From an uncultured archaeon (lineage in GTDB: Archaea; Thermoproteota; EX4484-205; JAAOZP01): a stretch of 64,000 bases of DNA. The stretch covers positions 32,001 through 96,000 of the forward strand of contig CALIBN010000006.1 of NCBI GenBank assembly GCA_938045545.1, written 5' to 3'. The notes under the pieces were generated by a model that was given only the letters and a program-made list of their open reading frames with translations, was not told where the DNA came from and did no database searches. The first letter of the stretch is position 1, and the number at the start of each line of letters is the position of its first letter. The translations under genes and the position numbers were made by a program. Positions 58,091-64,000 of this stretch are shown here, piece by piece.

Positions 58091-60016
58091 TTACTTCTTT
58101 CTGGATGCCACGAGCCAGCCGATTGCAACGCCTATTATAAGCGCTACTATGCCAATGCCCCCGGCACTAACCACATCGAAACCTGGTGCTCCGGCAACTG
58201 TAGTAGTAACAGTGATTGTTACAGTTACAGCAGTAGGCGGCGACTTCGGCTGTATCCTAGCTAGTACGAAGAAGAACGTAGGCCACCAGTTGTAAGGCAC
58301 TATGTACATATTGTCTTGAGAAGGCCAGCCAACCCAGTATTTGGTTGAGAAAGTCTGTACGAACGTCTTCTCAACCGCGGGAACAGTTATGCAGTCCCTC
58401 TGCACTATGTAAAAGGCTTCTTCCAGTAACGAGGCGGTACGCGGATGGTCTAATGGTATTGTCCAAAGCTCATCTATTATGGCATCTAGCTCCGGGTTTC
58501 TGTACCTTGGATTAGCACCCTGGATACCGGGAGAGTTGGAAGTACTACCGATAGGAGCGTACCATTTGCTGTGAAATACGTCTAGGGTTGACACAGGGTC
58601 ACCCATGATCCATCCCGGGGTGCAGTGAGTACATATCCTTATGTCGTATTGGCCAAGCGCTGAGAGATCACCCAGCAGCGCACCTCCTATTTTAGTAGTG
58701 GCGTCTATTCCGACTGCCTTTAGTTCCTCCACTAGGTCATAACCTATGTAGTGGGCAGCGTCTTCACCCAGCAGAAGCTCTACAGTGAACTTTGTCCCGT
58801 TAGGCAGCTCTCTAAACCCGTCTTTATCTATGTCCCGGAACCCTAGGGAGTCCAATATTTGTTTCGCCTTTTCAGGGTCGTATTTCAATTCGAAACCAAG
58901 TTCATTCTTGATTCTTTCTAGCCCCCTGTTAATCATGGGTTTATACGGATCGAAAACAGCCCAAGAGTATGGCATCGGAAGAAGCCAATCTGTCGTCGGA
59001 GTGCCATTCGATAACGCATAAGCCCTAGCTAAGGCAGGACGGTTCACTAAATAAGCTATGGCCCATCTGAACTCCCTTATGCTAAACGGATACTTGGCCA
59101 CGTTAAACGAGTTAATCCCATAGGGACATGGGTCGGTATATGGAGCTATAACAATATCAATTGTCCTCCTCATAGCAGTACTGATCATCTCCCAAGTAAA
59201 TATGTGGGGAAGCACGACATCGACATCACCCCTAACGAAGTCCTCAAGATCCACGTCGGCTGCAGGAATGCCACGCCATATCACGTATTTGGGAGTTGGG
59301 AAAACCCCCATATTTTTACCCCAGTAATCATCTCTCCTCTCCCATATGAACATCGGTATTTCTGGATAAACTGCATAAAGCTTGTAGGGGCCCGTGTCTA
59401 CGGGTGGCCAATTCGCAAAGGTTTTCGGATCAACATTCTTCCATATGTGCTCCGGGACTATGGGGAAATAGCTCCACATCCTGAATGTATGATGGAACCT
59501 TGGGTTAGGCTTCTTCAAGTGTACAACCAGTGTATAGTCGTCAGGCATTTCAACCGATTCAACCCATTCGTTAACATAACTTGAACCTCCAAAGTCAGGA
59601 TTCTGTTTCAGCATGTTCATAGTGAATGCAATATCTCTTGCAGTATATGGATGGCCGTCATTCCAAGTAACACCCCTCCTGATGTACAGGGTAAAGGTTC
59701 TGTAATCATCGCTATATTTCCACCCAGTTACTCTCCAGTATATGATTTCGCCAGTAGCATAGTTAATGTACCAGTCCCATTCTTGTGCTATTTGGTGCCA
59801 TCCAGAACCCCACTGCGAACCTTGAGGTATGAAGGGATTCGCTTTGTCAAATACCGTGAAGTAAGGTGAAAGCATTATCTCGGTAATTACTGTTTGATCC
59901 CGGGGGACAGGCAGAGCCGGTTGAGCCTTAACTGGCATTGCTAAGGGCATCAAGAAGGCAAATACAATTATTGATATGAAAATCGATTTAGCCATCCTTT
60001 TTAACAACATTTTCAC
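58091..60016 (-). CDS. ABC substrate-binding protein family 5 (peptide/oligosaccharide) with Thr-rich linker and C-terminal TM anchor
   Basis: Signal peptide; RRGVTWNDGHPYTARDI.FT, TGPYKL, YDPEKAKQILD, YWVGWP; TAVTVTITVTTTV-APGF-TM-RKK. Confidence 0.9.
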   Translation of the reverse strand: MKMLLKRMAKSIFISIIVFAFLMPLAMPVKAQPALPVPRDQTVITEIMLSPYFTVFDKANPFIPQGSQWGSGWHQIAQEWDWYINYATGEIIYWRVTGWKYSDDYRTFTLYIRRGVTWNDGHPYTARDIAFTMNMLKQNPDFGGSSYVNEWVESVEMPDDYTLVVHLKKPNPRFHHTFRMWSYFPIVPEHIWKNVDPKTFANWPPVDTGPYKLYAVYPEIPMFIWERRDDYWGKNMGVFPTPKYVIWRGIPAADVDLEDFVRGDVDVVLPHIFTWEMISTAMRRTIDIVIAPYTDPCPYGINSFNVAKYPFSIREFRWAIAYLVNRPALARAYALSNGTPTTDWLLPMPYSWAVFDPYKPMINRGLERIKNELGFELKYDPEKAKQILDSLGFRDIDKDGFRELPNGTKFTVELLLGEDAAHYIGYDLVEELKAVGIDATTKIGGALLGDLSALGQYDIRICTHCTPGWIMGDPVSTLDVFHSKWYAPIGSTSNSPGIQGANPRYRNPELDAIIDELWTIPLDHPRTASLLEEAFYIVQRDCITVPAVEKTFVQTFSTKYWVGWPSQDNMYIVPYNWWPTFFFVLARIQPKSPPTAVTVTITVTTTVAGAPGFDVVSAGGIGIVALIIGVAIGWLVASRKK

Positions 60017-60132
60017 TCAAAGCATTATTAATTCAGGTACATATAAATCTTATGGTTAAAAAAGTAAACTCGACGGCCGGCGACAGAAAGCTTTTTATTT
60101 TAGATCTTTATCTTTCAAAGAAGGTAGAGTGA

Positions 60133-61152
60133 ATGACTAGTAAAAAACGCATTCTGCGCTATATGACGAAGCGTGTAATCGTCTACGTGATCACGTTATT
60201 CATATCATTCTCAATCGTGTTCTTATTCCTACGTTTGATACCGGGAGACCCTATAACACGATACTTGAGAATGCTTGAGCAGAGATACTCTTATTCAATG
60301 GAAATGCTGGATATTGTGGTAAAATGGAAGGCTGAGCTTGGTCTAGAAGGAGATCTATTTACACAATACTCGCGTTATATACAAAATTTATTCTTACGTT
60401 TAGATTTGGGCCCATCATTCGTGGCTTTCCCAACTCCGGTTCAGGATCTCATACTGACGAGGCTGCCGTGGACGATAGCACTCCTAGGAGTGGCAACTTT
60501 AATTTCTTGGAGTATCGGTACTTTAGCAGGGGTAATATTAGGTTGGAAGAGAGGCACTAAATTTGACTCCACGCTTTTTACAATAGCTCTCTGTATGTCT
60601 CAAGTACCATATTATATCGCCGCAATTTTTTTAGTTCTACTTTTAGCCTATGTTTTCCCTGTTTTTCCATCCAGATATGCTTTTTCACCTGGAGTTCAAA
60701 TAAAGCTCAGTCTCGACTTTATATCAAGTGTTTTATACCATTCTTTTCTTCCCGCATTATCCATAGTACTAACTTCTGCTTTTGGTTGGCTAATTTCCGC
60801 AAGGTTCCTTACCATTAGTATAATAGGTGAGGATTATCTTCTCTTTGCCCAAGCCAAAGGTCTAAAGGCAAACAGAGTCTTAAATAGGTACATTCTAAGA
60901 AATGCCTTATTACCGCAAGCCACAGGACTCGCCATGTCACTGGGCTTCATAGTAAATGGTGCTTACTTAGTGGAGTGGGTGTTTTCTTACCCAGGCATAG
61001 GAGGACTATTACAGTATGCTATAAATCTTGTTGACTATAATACTATCCAAGGAATCATATTGATGTCAATCTTTACTGTTCTCACAGCCAACCTTATAAT
61101 GGATCTGATTTACCCGTTGATAGACCCAAGAATAAGGTCTGGTGAGAGATGA
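60133..61152 (+). CDS. Opp/Dpp ABC permease, B subunit
   Basis: RLIPGDP, DLGPS, RLPWT, EDY..FAQAKGL, RNALLP, IDPRIR. Confidence 0.92.
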   Translation: MTSKKRILRYMTKRVIVYVITLFISFSIVFLFLRLIPGDPITRYLRMLEQRYSYSMEMLDIVVKWKAELGLEGDLFTQYSRYIQNLFLRLDLGPSFVAFPTPVQDLILTRLPWTIALLGVATLISWSIGTLAGVILGWKRGTKFDSTLFTIALCMSQVPYYIAAIFLVLLLAYVFPVFPSRYAFSPGVQIKLSLDFISSVLYHSFLPALSIVLTSAFGWLISARFLTISIIGEDYLLFAQAKGLKANRVLNRYILRNALLPQATGLAMSLGFIVNGAYLVEWVFSYPGIGGLLQYAINLVDYNTIQGIILMSIFTVLTANLIMDLIYPLIDPRIRSGER

Positions 61153-62042
61153 TGAATACTCTTAAGTTAAAAAAAGGATTAAAAAGCGCAGCATCATTTT
61201 TTGCGAGATCGACTGCCTTTAGAGTGGGAATTATCATGCTTAGTCTGATCCTGCTTCTAGCTTTATTAGAACCAGTCATAAACGGATACATTCTTAAAGG
61301 AAAAGGTCCTCTCAAGACCGGGGTTTTTGACAAATATTTACCTCCTTCTTTAGAGCATCCGTTAGGAACAGACCACTATGGAAGGGATGTGCTTGCTCTC
61401 TTACTAGCTAGCCTTAAGTATTCTTTGCTAATAGGAGCCTTCGCAGGATTGATCGCCACTTTGATCGGAACCACGATAGCTAGTTTATCCGGCTATTTTG
61501 GTGGCAAGGTTGACCTTATATTAAACAGTGTCACAAACGGGATGCTGGTTATTCCAAGTTTTCCGATTCTGATAGCTATTGCTGCGTATATACGACTCGA
61601 TCTTATTACAATGTGCTTGGTCCTAGCGATATTCAGCTGGGCTTGGTCTGCACGCTTGGTAAGAGCCCAGATTTTAAGCATGAAGGAAAGACCCTATATA
61701 GAACTAGCTAAAGTCTCTGGCTTCCACAGTTTCGAAATAATGTTTCTAGAAATACTGCCGAACATGGCTCCCTTTATAATTATGGGTTTAATAAATAGCA
61801 TAATGGGTGCGATGTTTGCTGAAACCGGATTAAGGGTTCTGGGTTTAGGGCCTGGTGAAATACCGTCTCTCGGCCTTATGATAAGCTGGGCACTTACTTT
61901 CGGAGCTATCTCCATAGGGCGTTATAACTTATTAGTAGCTCCGGCAGGGGCTCTCGTCCTGGTTTTCATATCGTTAAACTTAATTAACATAGGTCTGGAG
62001 GAAATATTTAATCCAAGGCTTAAAAAAATTACAGGGCTTTAG
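61149..62042 (+). CDS. Opp/Dpp ABC permease, C subunit
   Basis: HPLGTDHYGRD, ARLVRAQ, EILPN, FNPRL. Confidence 0.92.
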   Translation: MMNTLKLKKGLKSAASFFARSTAFRVGIIMLSLILLLALLEPVINGYILKGKGPLKTGVFDKYLPPSLEHPLGTDHYGRDVLALLLASLKYSLLIGAFAGLIATLIGTTIASLSGYFGGKVDLILNSVTNGMLVIPSFPILIAIAAYIRLDLITMCLVLAIFSWAWSARLVRAQILSMKERPYIELAKVSGFHSFEIMFLEILPNMAPFIIMGLINSIMGAMFAETGLRVLGLGPGEIPSLGLMISWALTFGAISIGRYNLLVAPAGALVLVFISLNLINIGLEEIFNPRLKKITGL

Positions 62043-62049
62043 AAAATGG

Positions 62050-63054
62050 TTATTTAACATAGAGAAAGCACAGGACCCTTCTACCTGGCTCCACCTCTAT
62101 CATAGGGGGCCTTTCTTTTTTACACACGTCCATAGCGTAGGGACATCTTGGCCAGAATATGCAGCCCTTCTCTACCCTAGCCTGCTCCGAGAGGGAAGTC
62201 GCTTCTGCCAACTGCATCCGATCTTTCCATCTAGCCTTCGGGCTGGGAGCAGGTATTGAGGATAGTAAGAGCTTTGTATATGGATGCAATGGTTCATTTA
62301 TAATTTCGTTGGTACTACCCTCCTCAACAACATTGCCTTGACACAATACGATTAAACTATCTGCCACGCAGTTAGCTATATCCAGGTCATGAGTTATGTA
62401 TAAGCATGAGGCCCCTATCTTATCTTTTAATACGCGTAACTGATCTAGGAATATCGCTCTTAAAGAAGCATCTATCATGGAGACAGGTTCATCCGCCACT
62501 ATGAGTCTAGGTTTTATTAGAAGTATCCTGGCTAGCATTAGCCTTTGTCTTTCTCCTCCACTCAGTTGATGAGGATATCTTCCTAATATATCTTCAGGCC
62601 TGAGCCCCATGTCTTTCATAGCAGAAATAATCATATCTTCGATAGCTTTACCGTCGTTAACTATTTTCAACTTTTTTAAGGGCGCTTTGAGTATTCGCTC
62701 GACTCTATAGAAAGGATTATAGATGCTGTAAGGGTCTTGAAAAATGGGTTGAACCTCTTTTAAATAAGCTAACTTATTTTTTCTGAGCCACTCCGATACA
62801 GACTTTCCTTTATATAATACCTTTCCATAAGTAGGCTCTAGCAACCCCAAGATCAGTCTGGCTATTGTAGTTTTTCCACTGCCACTTTCACCTATAAGAC
62901 CTATAGATACAGGCTTCTCAGAAGGCACTGAAAATGAAACGGAAACTAATGCTTTAATAGTCGATCTACCTACTATTCCTAAACCACCGCCTACCCTATA
63001 TTCATGCGTGACATCCTTCAATTCAAGAAGCGGTTCACTCTTCATTTTAATCAC
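62050..63054 (-). CDS. Opp/Dpp ABC ATPase (OppF-like)
   Basis: GESGSGKTT, YPHQLSGGERQR, ADEPVS, HPYTKLL, GCIFWPRCP. Confidence 0.93.
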   Translation of the reverse strand: MIKMKSEPLLELKDVTHEYRVGGGLGIVGRSTIKALVSVSFSVPSEKPVSIGLIGESGSGKTTIARLILGLLEPTYGKVLYKGKSVSEWLRKNKLAYLKEVQPIFQDPYSIYNPFYRVERILKAPLKKLKIVNDGKAIEDMIISAMKDMGLRPEDILGRYPHQLSGGERQRLMLARILLIKPRLIVADEPVSMIDASLRAIFLDQLRVLKDKIGASCLYITHDLDIANCVADSLIVLCQGNVVEEGSTNEIINEPLHPYTKLLLSSIPAPSPKARWKDRMQLAEATSLSEQARVEKGCIFWPRCPYAMDVCKKERPPMIEVEPGRRVLCFLYVK

Positions 63055-64000
63055 CGTAAAGATGACATGCTACAAATCTACCTTGTTGAATTGATTTAAC
63101 AGGAGGTTCGATTTCCCTACAGATATTCATGACAAAGGGGCATCTCGGATGGAACCGACAGCCTTTAGGCCAATCCAAGGGGCTTGGTGCCAACCCAGGT
63201 ATACCCTTGATTATTTTCTTTTCAAGTGACGGCACGGCCGCTATCAGTCCTTTACTGTAGGGATGTAAAGGGTCCTCAAATAGTTCGTAGACAGGACTGA
63301 CTTCTACAACTTTCCCCGCATACATTACGGCCACCCTATCACCAACCTGCGCGTGAGCAGCCATGCTGTGAGATACTAAAACGATAGACATGCCGTACTT
63401 ATCCTTGAGGGTCCTTAAAAGCTGCAGGATTCCCTTCTGAACAACTACATCCAAAGCAGTGGTTGGTTCATCGGCTATAATTAGAGTAGGCTTCAAAGCT
63501 ATGGCCATCGCTATTATGACTCTCTGTTTCATACCACCACTAAGCTCGTGAGGATACATTTCAGCCACCTTGGTAGATAGGCCCACTTCCTGAAGCAACT
63601 GCATTATAAGTTGCATAGCCTCTTTCTTTTTCATATCAGAATGATCTAGTATAGCATCCATCATCTGTTCTTTGACTTTTAAGAAGGGGTTCAAAGAATT
63701 CATAGCACCTTGCGGAACGTAAGCTAACTTAGTCCACCTAATTCTGTTTAATTCTTTCTCAGGAAGTTTCAATAAATCTACTCCTTCAAATATGACTTTA
63801 CCGCTGGGAATGTAGCCCGGAGTTTTAACTAGTCTAAGCATTCCATCTACGAGGGTTGATTTACCACATCCCGATTCTCCAGCTATGCTGAAAACTTCAT
63901 CGCGAACCACTTCTAAAGACACCCCGTCAACAGATTTATAGTCGCCATATATGCTTCTATAATATATTTTTAAATCCTTGACTTCCAGTATTTTATCCAA
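63047..64000 (-). CDS. Opp/Dpp ABC ATPase (OppD-like); start at the window edge
   Basis: GESGCGKST, YPHELSGGMKQR, ADEPTTALD, GCRFHPRCP. Confidence 0.93.
   Translation of the reverse strand: MDKILEVKDLKIYYRSIYGDYKSVDGVSLEVVRDEVFSIAGESGCGKSTLVDGMLRLVKTPGYIPSGKVIFEGVDLLKLPEKELNRIRWTKLAYVPQGAMNSLNPFLKVKEQMMDAILDHSDMKKKEAMQLIMQLLQEVGLSTKVAEMYPHELSGGMKQRVIIAMAIALKPTLIIADEPTTALDVVVQKGILQLLRTLKDKYGMSIVLVSHSMAAHAQVGDRVAVMYAGKVVEVSPVYELFEDPLHPYSKGLIAAVPSLEKKIIKGIPGLAPSPLDWPKGCRFHPRCPFVMNICREIEPPVKSIQQGRFVACHLYGD

Noticed and set aside
1-64000. Numerous antisense or alternate-frame ORFs (e.g. 16069..16680, 26658..27269, 28041..28724, 45217..45906)
   Set aside because: They overlap well-supported genes and show no recognisable motifs; they are shadow ORFs.
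1-64000. CRISPR arrays, tRNA/rRNA genes, transposases, integrases
   Set aside because: No spaced repeats, tRNA-like arms or recombinase motifs were seen by eye; a short RNA could have been missed.

Overview
A gene-dense archaeal chromosomal segment. Archaeal markers include TATA boxes about 25-30 bp upstream of probably leaderless starts, a PolB3-type polymerase, GAPN, ThiDN, AlaX-M and an archaeal peroxiredoxin; a thermophilic TACK-type lineage is inferred, not demonstrated. About 55 CDS are present, mostly housekeeping, transport and carbohydrate catabolism. I saw no rRNA, tRNA, CRISPR array or transposase. Main signals: (1) at 47.0-54.0 kb, a compact cluster matching bacterial peptidoglycan amino-sugar salvage (NamZ, BadF-type sugar kinase, PIG-L deacetylase, tandem GNAT, MurQ, an uncharacterised glycoside hydrolase) in an archaeon; (2) at 54.3-60.0 kb, a GT2-GtrA synthase, a CPBP intramembrane protease fused to a PMT/GT-C protein glycosyltransferase, and a neighbouring surface protein with a Thr-rich linker and PGF-TM-basic tail, suggesting a coupled processing/glycosylation system; (3) unusual nucleic-acid enzymes: an AEP primase-polymerase fused to an unknown domain, a bacterial-type RNase HIII, and a PolB with a degenerate proofreading site; (4) tandem bactofilin-like genes; (5) a decaying accessory region at 37.1-40.0 kb and other frameshifted genes, some of which could be assembly errors. 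All calls come from motif recognition by eye; no searches were run.
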